From: an uncultured Gammaproteobacteria bacterium
Lineage (GTDB): Bacteria; Pseudomonadota; Gammaproteobacteria; UBA9214
Length of the DNA stretch: 64,000 nucleotides
Assembly: GCA_963827755.1 (NCBI GenBank)
Contig: CAWHCQ010000011.1
Coordinates: forward strand, 96,001-160,000
Direction of reading: 5' to 3'
Shown: positions 41,138 through 51,840 of the stretch, piece by piece
Layout of the letters: each line of letters starts with the position of its first letter
Numbering within the stretch: position 1 is the stretch's first letter
Translations under genes and position numbers: made by a program
The notes under the pieces: model-generated
The model's input: only the letters and a program-made list of their open reading frames with translations
What the model was told of the DNA's origin: nothing
Database searches by the model: none

Positions 41138-42940
41138 ATGATTGACAGACAACACGTCCGGAATTTCTCCATCATCGCCCATATCGATCATGGCAAGTCC
41201 ACGCTGGCAGACCGTTTCATCCAGATGTGCGGGGGGCTGAGTGACCGTGAAATGGAAAGCCAGGTACTGGATTCCATGGACCTGGAACGCGAGCGCGGCA
41301 TTACCATCAAGGCTCAGAGCGTCACCCTGCAATACAAGGCCCGTTCCGGCGAGATGTACGAGATGAATCTTATCGATACGCCGGGACACGTGGATTTTTC
41401 CTACGAGGTGTCCCGTTCACTGGCTGCCTGTGAAGGTGCGCTGCTGGTCGTCGATGCGGCCCAGGGCGTGGAAGCGCAGAGTGTTGCCAACTGCTATACC
41501 GCCATTGAACTCGATCTCGAAGTGGTACCGGTGCTGAACAAGATCGATCTGCCTGCGGCCGAGCCCGAGCGGGTGATCGAGGAAATCGAGGAAATTATCG
41601 GCATCGATGCGCAGAATGCCGTGCGTGCCAGCGCCAAGACAGGAGAGGGCATTGCCGATATCCTGGAAGACCTGATAGTGCGTGTACCGCCGCCGAAGGG
41701 GAATATCGATGCGCCGCTGAAGGCCCTGATTGTCGATTCCTGGTTTGACAACTATGTCGGGGTGATCTCGCTGGTGCGGATTGTTGAAGGCCGTATTTCA
41801 CGGCGCGACAAGTTCCGTGTCATGTCGACCGGGCGCAACTACCAGGTTGAGAAACTCGGGGTTTTTACGCCTAAACCGCTGGAACGTGGCGAACTGGTTG
41901 CCGGCGATGTCGGCTTCCTGGTTGCCGGCATCAAGGAAATCGACGGTGTTCCGGTAGGTGATACGCTGACCCTCGCAAACAAGCCTGCTGACGCGCCCCT
42001 GCCGGGGTTCAAGAAAGTGCAGCCCAACGTATTTGCGGGGCTTTACCCGGTGAGTTCGGATGACTACGAGAACCTGCGCGATTCCCTGCAGAAGCTGCGC
42101 CTGAATGATGCAGCGCTGCATTATGAGCCGGAATCTTCCGATGCGCTTGGTTTCGGGTTTCGTTGCGGGTTTCTCGGTATGCTGCACATGGAGATCGTGC
42201 AGGAACGGCTCGAACGTGAATATGATCTGGACCTGATTACCACCGCACCCACGGTCATCTACGAAGTACTGGATACCGCCGACAAGGTGTTTACCATCTA
42301 CAACCCTGCAAGCTTGCCGCCGGTCAACCAGATAGCAGAGGTCCGTGAACCGATTATCGAGGCCAATATCCTGGTGCCGCAGGAGCACCTGGGGAATGTC
42401 ATTACCCTGTGTATCGAAAAGCGCGGTGTGCAAAAGAACATGCAGTACCTCGGCAAGCAGGTGTCATTGAGCTACGAGATGCCGATGAGTGAAATCGTCC
42501 TGGATTTCTTTGACCGGCTCAAGTCGGTCAGTCGTGGTTATGCGTCGTTTGACTATCACTTTTTGCGTTTCCAGGCCGCGCCGCTGGTGAAGCTGGATGT
42601 GCTGATCAACAATGAACGGGTAGATGCCCTGTCCCTGATTGTACACAGGGATGTGGCGCAGTCCCGCGGCCGGGCCCTGACCGTGAAGATGAAAGAATTG
42701 ATCCCGCGGCAAATGTATGATGTTGCCATCCAGGCTGCAATCGGCGGGCAGATTATCGCCCGGACCAATGTGAAGGCATTGCGCAAGAACGTCACCGCAA
42801 AATGTTACGGCGGCGATATTTCACGAAAACGCAAACTGCTGGAGAAGCAGAAGGCGGGCAAGAAACGCATGAAACAGTTTGGCACGGTCGAAATTCCGCA
42901 GGCTGCGTTTCTGGCGGTATTGCGGCTTGATAGTGATTGA
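41138..42940 (+). CDS. lepA: Elongation factor 4 LepA
   Basis: [27 protein letters not shown] and [10 protein letters not shown]. Confidence 0.98.
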   Translation: MIDRQHVRNFSIIAHIDHGKSTLADRFIQMCGGLSDREMESQVLDSMDLERERGITIKAQSVTLQYKARSGEMYEMNLIDTPGHVDFSYEVSRSLAACEGALLVVDAAQGVEAQSVANCYTAIELDLEVVPVLNKIDLPAAEPERVIEEIEEIIGIDAQNAVRASAKTGEGIADILEDLIVRVPPPKGNIDAPLKALIVDSWFDNYVGVISLVRIVEGRISRRDKFRVMSTGRNYQVEKLGVFTPKPLERGELVAGDVGFLVAGIKEIDGVPVGDTLTLANKPADAPLPGFKKVQPNVFAGLYPVSSDDYENLRDSLQKLRLNDAALHYEPESSDALGFGFRCGFLGMLHMEIVQERLEREYDLDLITTAPTVIYEVLDTADKVFTIYNPASLPPVNQIAEVREPIIEANILVPQEHLGNVITLCIEKRGVQKNMQYLGKQVSLSYEMPMSEIVLDFFDRLKSVSRGYASFDYHFLRFQAAPLVKLDVLINNERVDALSLIVHRDVAQSRGRALTVKMKELIPRQMYDVAIQAAIGGQIIARTNVKALRKNVTAKCYGGDISRKRKLLEKQKAGKKRMKQFGTVEIPQAAFLAVLRLDSD

Positions 42941-43017
42941 ACGGTGCGAGACGCATATAATGACTGTCCCGGTAATGATTACCGCGGGCCAATTCAGGAC
43001 AGGCAGGCGAGGGCGGT

Positions 43018-43845
43018 ATGAATATTGATTTTCCGGCAATACTGGTTGGAGCAACCCTGTTTACGGGGCTGGCATGGGTGTTTGACAGCCTGGTACTGGC
43101 GCCGGCGCGTAACAGGAAAGCGGCAGTGATGCTGGACAGCGGTATCTCCGCTGATTCCGCACAGCTTGCCAGTGTGCTCAAGGAACCCACCTGGGTTGAA
43201 TATTGCAAGTCCTTTTTCCCCGTGATCCTGGCCGTGCTGCTGCTGCGGTCATTCCTGGTCGAGCCGTTCCGCATCCCGTCCGGCTCCATGATGCCAACCC
43301 TGGAGGTTGGTGATTTCATCCTGGTGAACAAATTTGCATACGGTATCCGCCTGCCTGTTGTCGATACCAAGGTAATAGAGGTTGGCGAGCCTGCGCGTGG
43401 TGATGTCGTGGTTTTTCGCTACCCAAAGGACGAGACTGTCGACTACATCAAGCGTGTCGTCGGGTTGCCGGGTGACCGGATTGGTTATTTCGACAAGACC
43501 CTGTACGTCAATGGTGAGCCTGCAGGCCAGGTCCCGGCCGGTGTCTATGTCGGCAAGGGTTCCGGTGTATCGATGTCAGGTGCGAGCCGGCGCAAGGAAA
43601 TGCTCGGCGATATGCAGCATGATATTCTCGTCATGCCGCGTACGCCCGGCCTCGAAGGTGAGTATGTTGTCGCTGACAATGAGTATTTCATGATGGGAGA
43701 TAACCGGGATAACAGTAATGACAGCCGCTACTGGGGGCCTGTTCCCGAAAAAAACCTGGTAGGCAGGGCATTTCGAGTATGGATGAACTGGGACAGTGCC
43801 AATGGCGGGGTTGAATGGAACCGCATTGGCATGAAAATTCAGTAG
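43018..43845 (+). CDS. lepB: Signal peptidase I
   Basis: IPSGSMMPTL, YIKRVVGLPGD and GDNRDNS.DSR. Confidence 0.97.
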   Translation: MNIDFPAILVGATLFTGLAWVFDSLVLAPARNRKAAVMLDSGISADSAQLASVLKEPTWVEYCKSFFPVILAVLLLRSFLVEPFRIPSGSMMPTLEVGDFILVNKFAYGIRLPVVDTKVIEVGEPARGDVVVFRYPKDETVDYIKRVVGLPGDRIGYFDKTLYVNGEPAGQVPAGVYVGKGSGVSMSGASRRKEMLGDMQHDILVMPRTPGLEGEYVVADNEYFMMGDNRDNSNDSRYWGPVPEKNLVGRAFRVWMNWDSANGGVEWNRIGMKIQ

Positions 43846-43867
43846 GGTAACCGCGAGGAATAAAGCT

Positions 43868-44233
43868 ATGCGTTCAATGAAGCGACAGGCAGGTGTAACG
43901 GCAATTGGCTGGGTGCTGGTGCTGGCCCTGATTGGTTTTTTTGTTTTTTTGACTCTCAAGATGCTGCCGGTATATCTGGAGTACTTCAAAGTGGTGTCGA
44001 GTCTCGAGTCGCTCGAGAATGAATCATTGTCAACTCCCGGGGAGATCAGGAAGCTTCTCGAAAAGCGGTTTGACGTCGATTACGTGAATACAATTTCGGC
44101 ACAGCAGGTGAAGATAATCAACCAGGGCGAGGTCTTTAATGTTATCGCCAAATATGATTCGCGCGTGCACCTGTTCGCCAATATCGATGTGCTGATGAGT
44201 TTTGATAAACAGGTCAGGGTCGCCAGGCGTTGA
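43868..44233 (+). CDS. DUF4845 domain protein
   Basis: Pilin-like N-terminus Q.G.T and P.Y.EY motif; conserved position between lepB and rnc. Confidence 0.85.
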   Translation: MRSMKRQAGVTAIGWVLVLALIGFFVFLTLKMLPVYLEYFKVVSSLESLENESLSTPGEIRKLLEKRFDVDYVNTISAQQVKIINQGEVFNVIAKYDSRVHLFANIDVLMSFDKQVRVARR

Positions 44234-44904
44234 CGAAATCGCCGGCAGCGCTGCTGAAAATACTGGGCCATGATTTCAATGATCCGACCCTGCTGGAGCA
44301 GGCGCTGACGCACTGCAGTGCTGGCAGCACCAACAATGAACGGCTGGAGTTCCTGGGAGATGCAGTGCTCGACTGCGTCATTTCCGACGAGTTGTTTCAG
44401 CGCTACCCGCAGGCGCGCGAAGGAGAACTCAGCCGGCTGCGGGCCAGCCTGGTGAGGCGGGATTCCCTGGCAGCAGTGGCACAGGGACTCGATATCGGCC
44501 AGTACCTGCGTCTTGGTACCGGCGAGCGCAGGAGTGGCGGCCATCACCGTGATTCCATTCTTTCCGATGCCCTCGAGGCCCTGCTTGGCGCCATTTTCCT
44601 TGATGGCGGCTATGAGGCGTGCCGCAGCTGTATTCTCGGCCTGTTTTCAGACGCGCTCGATAATATTTCGAAAATTGCTGCCCTGAAAGATGCCAAGACC
44701 CGTCTGCAGGAACACCTGCAGGCGCATCATCTGGCCCTTCCCGAATACAGGGTAATCGAGGTGAGCGGTGCGGCGCACGACCAGTTCTTCAAGGTCGAGT
44801 GTATCGTCGCTGAGAGTGAGCCGACGCTGGGGCAGGGCAAGAGCCGTCGTTATGCAGAACAGGGTGCAGCTGAAAAGATGTTGTCACAACTGACTGGCGG
44901 CTAG
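44230..44904 (+). CDS. rnc: Ribonuclease III
   Basis: NERLEFLGDAVL signature and dsRBD KT.LQE..Q. Confidence 0.97.
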   Translation: MTKSPAALLKILGHDFNDPTLLEQALTHCSAGSTNNERLEFLGDAVLDCVISDELFQRYPQAREGELSRLRASLVRRDSLAAVAQGLDIGQYLRLGTGERRSGGHHRDSILSDALEALLGAIFLDGGYEACRSCILGLFSDALDNISKIAALKDAKTRLQEHLQAHHLALPEYRVIEVSGAAHDQFFKVECIVAESEPTLGQGKSRRYAEQGAAEKMLSQLTGG

Positions 44905-44908
44905 GCGG

Positions 44909-45808
44909 GTGGACGCTGCTACTCACTGTGGTTATGTTGCCCTGATCGGACGGCCGAATGTCGGTAAATCCACGCTGTTGAACCGGATCCTCGGGCAGAA
45001 GATCAGCATTACATCGAGGCGTCCGCAGACAACACGTCACCGGGTGCTCGGTATCAAGACGGATGCCCCGGTGCAGACGATCTATATCGATACGCCGGGC
45101 ATTCACGCCTACAGCGGGCGTGCCATGAACCGGCATATGAACCGGGCTGCCAGCAGTGCACTGCAGGACGTCGATGTCGTGGTGTTCCTGGTAGAAGGCC
45201 TGCGCTGGTTGCCGGATGATGAGCTGGTGCTGGAAAAACTCCGCGATCTTCAGTGTCCGGTGATCCTCGCGGTGAACAAGATTGACCTGCTGGACAGCAA
45301 GGAAGCGCTGTTGCCGGTTTTACACGCACTTTCAGAAAAGCATGCGTTTCGGCAAATCATTCCGGTTTCGGCGCAAAAGGGCGACAATATCGCGGTGCTG
45401 GAGGCCGCGATTGCCGCGTTGCTGCCGGTTGCCCCGATGATGTTTCCACAAGACCAGGTGACGGACCGCCCGGTACGTTTTCTTGCAGCCGAACTGGTCA
45501 GGGAAAAACTGTTTCGCATGCTCGGCAAGGAATTACCCTACGGGCTGACCGTGGAAGTGGAACAGTTTCGCAGTGAGGCGAATATCACCCATATCCACGC
45601 CCTGATCTGGGTGGAACGCAAGAGCCAGAAAAATATTGTCATCGGCAGGCAGGGCCGGGTGCTCAAGGAAGTCGGGCAGCAGGCACGCCGGGATATCGAG
45701 GCGATGATTGATAAAAAGGTCAATCTCAAATTATGGGTCAAGGTGAAGGAAGGCTGGGCGGATGACGAGCGGGCCCTGCAGAGCCTGGGATATAATGACG
45801 CTGACTGA
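44909..45808 (+). CDS. era: GTPase Era
   Basis: GRPNVGKST, QTTR, DTPG, NKID and KH VIG..G. Confidence 0.97.
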   Translation: MDAATHCGYVALIGRPNVGKSTLLNRILGQKISITSRRPQTTRHRVLGIKTDAPVQTIYIDTPGIHAYSGRAMNRHMNRAASSALQDVDVVVFLVEGLRWLPDDELVLEKLRDLQCPVILAVNKIDLLDSKEALLPVLHALSEKHAFRQIIPVSAQKGDNIAVLEAAIAALLPVAPMMFPQDQVTDRPVRFLAAELVREKLFRMLGKELPYGLTVEVEQFRSEANITHIHALIWVERKSQKNIVIGRQGRVLKEVGQQARRDIEAMIDKKVNLKLWVKVKEGWADDERALQSLGYNDAD

Positions 45809-45817
45809 TTGCCTGTT

Positions 45818-46571
45818 ATGAGCGCGCGCATACAAGTTTCCCTCGAACCTGCCTGGATCCTGCATCATTATCCTTACCGGGATACCAGCCTGCTGATCGA
45901 GGTTTTTACCCGTGAGCATGGGCGTATCGGGCTGGTTGCCCGCGGCGCGCGCTCGGCGAAGGCGCGCTGGCATGGCCATTTGCAAATCATCAGGCCGTTG
46001 CTATTGTCATGGAGCATGCGCGGTGATCTCGGCACGCTGACCGGGGTGGAAAGCCGGCAGGCGGTGAGCCTGTTGCCAGGCCGCAAGGTATTGAGCGCCT
46101 GTTACCTGAACGAGTTGCTGATGCGCCTGGTGACCCGCCATGATCCGCACCCGGACCTGTTCGAGGCTTATGAGCAGGCCATCGCGGCACTGGAATCCGG
46201 CGAAGAACCGGTGCTGCGCCTGTTTGAGAAACGGCTGTTGCACTCATTGGGTTATGGACTGTTGCTGGATCACGAGGCTGAAAGCGGGACTCCGGTTGAC
46301 CGGGACAGCTGGTATGAGTACCAGCTGGAGCGGGGGCCGGTACGCTGCGCGACGCCAGGCGCCGATGGCATCTGTCTGCGCGGCTCCAGTTTACTGGCAT
46401 TGCAGGACGACAGTTTGACTGACAGGCAGGCCTGCAAGGAAGTCAAGCAGCTGATGCGGGCGGCCCTTGGGCTTTACCTGGGGAGTGCGGCCGCTGAAAA
46501 CACGTGAAGTATTACGCCAGCTGGCGTCGCTGTCGCACACCCGCGAGGGTGTGCAGGCCGACGTGAGCTGA
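45818..46571 (+). CDS. recO: DNA repair protein RecO (+1 frameshift near 46487, probably a sequence error)
   Basis: LH..PYRDTSL, YLNELL.RL and LR.FEK.LL..LGY. The +1 frame gives the canonical [14 protein letters not shown]. Confidence 0.92.
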
Positions 46572-46593
46572 ACAGGGACCGGGAAGAAACATC

Positions 46594-47337
46594 ATGGGCG
46601 TCGCCAATAAAATACTGCTGGGCGTAAACATCGACCATGTCGCAACCCTGCGCGAGGCGCGCGGCACGCGCTACCCGGACCCGGTACAGGCCGCGGTCGA
46701 GGCGGAGCAGGCAGGCGCCGACAGTATTACACTGCATTTGAGAGAGGACCGCCGCCATATCCAGGAGCGTGATGTCCTCATGCTCCGGGATATTCTGCAG
46801 ACACGCATGAACCTGGAAATGGCGGTGACCGACGAGATGCTGGCCTTCGCGGAAAAGATTCGTCCCGCGGATTGCTGCCTGGTGCCGGAGCGGCGTGAGG
46901 AGCTGACAACCGAGGGGGGGCTGGATGTTGCCGGGCAACTGCCGCGCATCCGCGATGCCTGTACCCGGCTGAAACAGGCCGGCGTACGTGTTTCACTGTT
47001 TATCGACGCGGACCCGGACCAGGTTGCGGCCGCGGCTGCAACCGGTGCGCCCTGTATCGAGATTCACACCGGGGCCTTTGCCGATGCAGGTACCAGCCTG
47101 GCACAGGCCGAGGAGCTTGCCGGGATCGTGCGGGCGGTGCAACAGGGTCTGGATGCGGGCCTGACGGTCAACGCAGGTCACGGGCTGCATTATCACAACG
47201 TACAGAGGATTGCGGCCATTCCGGGCGTGCGTGAACTGAACATCGGACATGCCATTATCGCGCGTGCCGTCTTTACCGGCCTGGCCGGCGCCGTGGCCGA
47301 GATGAAGCGCCTGATGCACGAGGCCGCGGCCGGCTGA
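46594..47337 (+). CDS. pdxJ: Pyridoxine 5'-phosphate synthase
   Basis: [30 protein letters not shown] and NAGHGL. Confidence 0.98.
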   Translation: MGVANKILLGVNIDHVATLREARGTRYPDPVQAAVEAEQAGADSITLHLREDRRHIQERDVLMLRDILQTRMNLEMAVTDEMLAFAEKIRPADCCLVPERREELTTEGGLDVAGQLPRIRDACTRLKQAGVRVSLFIDADPDQVAAAAATGAPCIEIHTGAFADAGTSLAQAEELAGIVRAVQQGLDAGLTVNAGHGLHYHNVQRIAAIPGVRELNIGHAIIARAVFTGLAGAVAEMKRLMHEAAAG

Positions 47338-47433
47338 TCCCGGCTGCAGGCATGCCCGGTTCGTCTCAGGTCTCAGGCGGGTCCTTTCCTTTTCATGTGT
47401 TTTCTTATGTTGTTCATTTGCTTATAGAAAAAT

Positions 47434-47871
47434 CTAACCGTGGTAGCCGCTGTCCCTCAGGGTGGCATCGATGATGTCAATGGCTTGCAGGTAGGAGAAC
47501 TCGATGGTCTGCGGGTCTTTCGACTTGAGTGCCAGCTGCAATTCACGCAGGCCGGCGGTCAGTTCCGGTGCATCGCAGTAGGCGGCACCGCCAAGTAACA
47601 GGTGCACATTATTTCCCAGGCGCGGGTGATCCCCTTGCTGGTAGGCATCGGCAAGGCGGCTGCGATGATCGGGTAATTCAAGCAGCAGGCGGGCAAACAT
47701 TTCACTCGGAAACGAATGCAGCTGCTGCTCATCGGGTTCCTGGTCGCCCCCGGGCAGGGGCGGCGCCTGCGGGGCTGTGGCTGAACCCGCTGTTGTGAAA
47801 CGCTGCAAAAAGTTGTGCAGGGAGTCCCTGATTGTCCTGAGGGAGTACCTGAACGGATATTTTCTTTCCAC
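47434..47871 (-). CDS. Stand-alone Hpt (histidine phosphotransfer) domain protein, GacS/BarA-type
   Basis: NVHLLLGGAAYCDAPEL resembles the GacS/BarA Hpt motif VH.LHG...YCG.P.L; start uncertain. Confidence 0.7.
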   Translation of the reverse strand: MERKYPFRYSLRTIRDSLHNFLQRFTTAGSATAPQAPPLPGGDQEPDEQQLHSFPSEMFARLLLELPDHRSRLADAYQQGDHPRLGNNVHLLLGGAAYCDAPELTAGLRELQLALKSKDPQTIEFSYLQAIDIIDATLRDSGYHG

Positions 47872-48061
47872 GTCTCAACTCCCCGGTGCCCGTAGAAAAA
47901 CGCGTGGTGCGGGCGTGCATGATCCAGCCCCGGCAATGATAATGGAACAGCCGATGGCTGGCCACGCTGCCTGTGTCAGGCAAGCCGGTTAACGGTTGTC
48001 TGATAAATCAGGTTCTTGGGTATACTGTCCGTACTGCACAAGGAAGAAAGGAACAGCTGGA

Positions 48062-48952
48062 ATGGCCTATAAAACGCTGGAGTCAACCGTTGGCAATACA
48101 CCACTGGTGCGGTTGCAGCGTCTGCCGGGCGATACCACCAACACCCTGCTGGTCAAGCTTGAAGGCAATAATCCGGCCGGGTCTGTCAAGGATAGACCGG
48201 CGCTCAGCATGATCAAGCATGCCGAGGCGCGCGGTGAAATCAGTCCGGGCGATACACTGATCGAGGCGACCAGCGGCAATACCGGGATTGCGCTGGCGAT
48301 GGCGGCGGCGATGCAGGGCTACCGGATGGTGCTGGTCATGCCGGAACACATGAGTGCCGAACGCCGCGCGGTAATGAAGGCCTTCGACGCCGAGCTGGTG
48401 CTGGTCGACAAGGAATCAGGCATGGAGGGGGCGCGTGACCTGGCCAAGCAAATGGAAGGGCTTGGCAAGGGCAGAGTGCTCGACCAGTTCTCCAACCCGG
48501 ATAACCCACGCGCCCACTACGAGGGCACGGGCCCTGAGATCTGGCGTGATACCCGCGGTGAAATCACCCATTTTGTCAGCGCCATGGGCACCACGGGAAC
48601 CATCATGGGGACTTCAGAATATCTGAAGGAGCAGAACCCGGCCATCGAGATCGTCGGGGTGACACCTGCAGAAGGCGCCTCTATTCCCGGTATCCGCCGC
48701 TGGTCGCAGGCCTATCTGCCCGCCATCTTCAATGCCGATCGCGTTGACCGCACGCTTGATGTGGAGCAGGTAGACGCGGAAAGGATGACCCGGGCACTGG
48801 CTGCGCAGGAAGGCATCTTTGCCGGTGTCTCTTCCGGAGGGGCTGTCGCGGCCGCCCTGTCGCTCTCGCAACAGGTCGAGCATGCCGTCATCGTGGTGAT
48901 TATCTGCGACCGTGGCGATCGCTATCTCTCGACCGGAGTCTTTCCTTCCTGA
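48062..48952 (+). CDS. cysM: Cysteine synthase B
   Basis: KLEGNNPAGSVKDR, EATSGNTG, GTTGT, IPGIRRW and CDRGDRYLS. Confidence 0.96.
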   Translation: MAYKTLESTVGNTPLVRLQRLPGDTTNTLLVKLEGNNPAGSVKDRPALSMIKHAEARGEISPGDTLIEATSGNTGIALAMAAAMQGYRMVLVMPEHMSAERRAVMKAFDAELVLVDKESGMEGARDLAKQMEGLGKGRVLDQFSNPDNPRAHYEGTGPEIWRDTRGEITHFVSAMGTTGTIMGTSEYLKEQNPAIEIVGVTPAEGASIPGIRRWSQAYLPAIFNADRVDRTLDVEQVDAERMTRALAAQEGIFAGVSSGGAVAAALSLSQQVEHAVIVVIICDRGDRYLSTGVFPS

Positions 48953-50962
48953 ATGTTTTTTCCCGGCAGACGGGGTGTTGCAGTCTTACTGCTTGCCTTG
49001 AGCCTGCTTGCGTTGGGCACACTGCGCGGCCTGGCCTACGACTCGGTTGGTTTGAAGCTGGGAACGCTCGAAGGCCCCGGGATGGCGGCGCGCAACGTGG
49101 CTGTTCAGCTTGGCTGGCTGGATGAAACGCATGCGCGCCTGCAGCTGAGCGCGGATTCGGCCAGCCTGGATGCCGTGCCCGGCAAGTTGTCCGGGCTGGA
49201 CCTGTCATGCCGCCGGGCACTGCTGAAGCCCGCCCACATACACTGCCCCGATGCCCGTCTCAGGCTGAACTCCAGCGTGTATGGCCGGCAGTCTCTGCAG
49301 GCCTCCTTTCATTACTATCCCGTTGAGGGGAAATGGGATGTGAAAGTTCAGGGCGCACGTCTGCCGCTGCAGCAGCTCACGGCCCGGCTGGCGGCAAGCG
49401 GCGCGGCGGTGCCGAAACTGGAGAGCGATGCCGTCATCGTGGTCAATGCCAGCCTGCAGGGCACAGGCGTGCAGCTGAGCAAGGCGGCACTGGACCTGCG
49501 CCTGCAGGCGCAGGCGTTCACCGATGCAAAGGGTACGGTCGCCGGCGAGGACCTGGACATCGCGCTTGGCGTCGAGGCAACACCGGGTAAGGCAGGCTGG
49601 CAACTGGCGCTGGATCTGACCGGGCACAAGGGCGCCCTGTATATCGACCCGCTCTACCTGGCGGTGCCGGCCGAACCGATTCGCGTCACCGCCCGGCTGG
49701 ACTGGCAGGACAAGGCTAATCGTTTGCTGGTGCATGCGTTCGATTACCAGCACCCGGGCAGCATCGAGGTGCAGGGCAAGGGACGTTTTTCCCTTGGCCC
49801 GGTCTTCAAGGCCGAGTCGCTGCAGCTCGATATCCGCGAAGCCGTGTTCCCGTCGCTCTACGATACCTATATGAAACCCTGGCTGACCGGCTCGGCGCTG
49901 GGCAACCTGCAGACGTCCGGCCGGGCCAGTGGCGGAGTAATGCTGCAGGACAATGCGCTGCAAGACCTGAGGCTGGATTTGCAGGCGTTGACACTGGAAG
50001 ACCGCGAGGGCCTGTTCGGGCTGGAAAAGGTGCAGGCCATGATTCGCTGGTCGGACTCCGCTGCGGCCGAGCCGTCCACGGTCTCGTGGGCGGGCGGTCA
50101 TGTCTACCGGGTTACTCTTGGTCCTGCCAGCATCGCCGCGGAGGCCGGTGCCGACTACGTGCGTCTGCAGGAAGCAACGCATATCCCGGTGCTCGATGGC
50201 GCCCTGCAGATCGACTCATTTGATCTTGCCTACGGTGCGGGTGAGCCGCTGCGCTGGCAGGTGGATGGTTTCATGACCCCGGTGTCCATGAAGCTGCTGA
50301 CCGTGGCGCTCGGCTGGCCGGAATTTTCCGGCAAGCTTTCGGGTGTCATTCCGAATGTACGTTACACAGGCGGGAACCTGGAAGTCGGCGGGGTCTTGCT
50401 GGTGCGTGTCTTCGAGGGCGAGGTGACCCTGCGCAACCTGCGCCTCGAGCAGCCCTTCGGGGTGGTGCCGCGGCTGTGGGTGGATGCAAAGGCGCAGAAT
50501 ATCGACCTGGAAACACTGACCGGTACCTTTTCGTTCGGCAAGATCGAAGGGACCCTGGACGGTCGGATCGACGGCCTGCAGATGGAGTCGTGGCGGCCGG
50601 CGGCCTTCGATGCGGAGTTTGCCACGCCGCCAGGGGATGCCAGGCGCCACCGCATCAGCCAGAAGGCCGTCGATAATATCTCCAATATCGGCGGGGGCGG
50701 GGTCGGTGGCGCCCTGTCGCGCAGCTTTCTGCGTTACTTCGAGGACTTTCCCTACGACCGGCTGGGTATTCGCTGCCGGCTCGAGAACGGCATCTGTGCC
50801 ATGGGCGGGGTGGAGCCGGCCGAGAACGGTTATTACCTGGTCAAGGGGCGGTTCATCCCGCCGCGACTGGATGTCATCGGCTTTGCCGACCGGGTGAACT
50901 GGACCAGCCTGGTTTCGCAAATCGTGGCGGTCACCGGGAAACAGGATGTCGTCGTCCAATAG
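48953..50962 (+). CDS. YdbH-like (AsmA-like) intermembrane protein
   Basis: Long beta-strand-rich protein with N-terminal anchor and C-terminal RISQ.AV..IS.IGG...F.Y..LG..C.L....C.M.G motif; upstream of a ydbL-like gene. Confidence 0.7.
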   Translation: MFFPGRRGVAVLLLALSLLALGTLRGLAYDSVGLKLGTLEGPGMAARNVAVQLGWLDETHARLQLSADSASLDAVPGKLSGLDLSCRRALLKPAHIHCPDARLRLNSSVYGRQSLQASFHYYPVEGKWDVKVQGARLPLQQLTARLAASGAAVPKLESDAVIVVNASLQGTGVQLSKAALDLRLQAQAFTDAKGTVAGEDLDIALGVEATPGKAGWQLALDLTGHKGALYIDPLYLAVPAEPIRVTARLDWQDKANRLLVHAFDYQHPGSIEVQGKGRFSLGPVFKAESLQLDIREAVFPSLYDTYMKPWLTGSALGNLQTSGRASGGVMLQDNALQDLRLDLQALTLEDREGLFGLEKVQAMIRWSDSAAAEPSTVSWAGGHVYRVTLGPASIAAEAGADYVRLQEATHIPVLDGALQIDSFDLAYGAGEPLRWQVDGFMTPVSMKLLTVALGWPEFSGKLSGVIPNVRYTGGNLEVGGVLLVRVFEGEVTLRNLRLEQPFGVVPRLWVDAKAQNIDLETLTGTFSFGKIEGTLDGRIDGLQMESWRPAAFDAEFATPPGDARRHRISQKAVDNISNIGGGGVGGALSRSFLRYFEDFPYDRLGIRCRLENGICAMGGVEPAENGYYLVKGRFIPPRLDVIGFADRVNWTSLVSQIVAVTGKQDVVVQ

Positions 50963-51052
50963 GGCGTCACAGCCGGCATGACGTGTTAACCTTGTCCACC
51001 TGATTCCGTTAGGCAGTAGTGGATACAATTCCTGTAAATACGAGGTCCTGAA

Positions 51053-51647
51053 ATGAAAACCATACGCGTACCGATTGCGCTGGCCCTGGCCCTGTTCACC
51101 ATCGCCTGTGTCACCATCAATGTTTATTTCCCGGCAGAGGCCGCCGAGAAGGCCGCCGATCGCATCATCAAGGATGTCTATGGTGAAAAAGTAAAGCCGG
51201 GCACCGAGCCACAGTCCTGGAACCGTTTCCAGGGGGTGCCCGTGCAGCAGGGGAGTCCCTTGCTTGACTGGTTGATCGCGCCGGCCCGTGCGGCGGCGGA
51301 TCTTTCCGTGAATACGCCGGCGATACGCCAGCTGCAGGCGGATATGGGAAAACGCCACCGGGAACTCGCGCCGTTTTATGCCTCAGGTGCAGTCGGCATA
51401 ACAAACTCGGGTGAACTGCAGATCCGTGACCAGAAACTGGTGCCGCTGCAGGACCGCAACAACGTGAAGAGTCTTGTTGCGAAAGAAAATATCGACCGGG
51501 CTGCCCTGTATGCCGAGATCGCAAGGGCCAACTCACACCCGGAGTGGGAGGCCGAAATCCGCTCCACCTTCGCGCGACGCTGGGTGGACAACGCGCAGAG
51601 TGGCTGGTGGTATATGGATACCGAGTGGCGGCTGGAAACAGAAGTAG
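51053..51647 (+). CDS. YdbL/DUF1318 family lipoprotein (+1 frameshift near 51623; true end likely GGWKQK* at 51647)
   Basis: Lipobox IAC, CVTINVYFPA, EN.DR.ALY.EIA.AN and GWWY. Confidence 0.8.
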
Positions 51648-51689
51648 CTTCGAGAAGGCAGCATCCATCGAAGGACATTAATACGTACT

Positions 51690-51774
51690 GTAGGAGCGCT
51701 TCTCAAGCGCGATAGGGTTTCACAGGTATGGAGCGCTGGGCTCGGCCGGTATCGCGGATTAGATCCGCTCCTGC
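51690..51774. repeat. REP doublet (GTAGGAGCG...CGCGAT type)
   Basis: GTAGGAGCGCTTCTCAAGCGCGAT and inverted ATCGCGGATTAGATCCGCTCCTGC. Confidence 0.8.
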
Positions 51775-51840
51775 AGGCCGCTCTTGTCCCGGTGGGAGAA
51801 GGTTGGTCAGGGATCCGCCAGGCATTGATTCCGTAAAAAT

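Noticed and set aside
44305-44320. RNase III THCS instead of the usual THRS
   Set aside because: The catalytic signature and dsRBD are intact; a single substitution is not enough to claim altered function.
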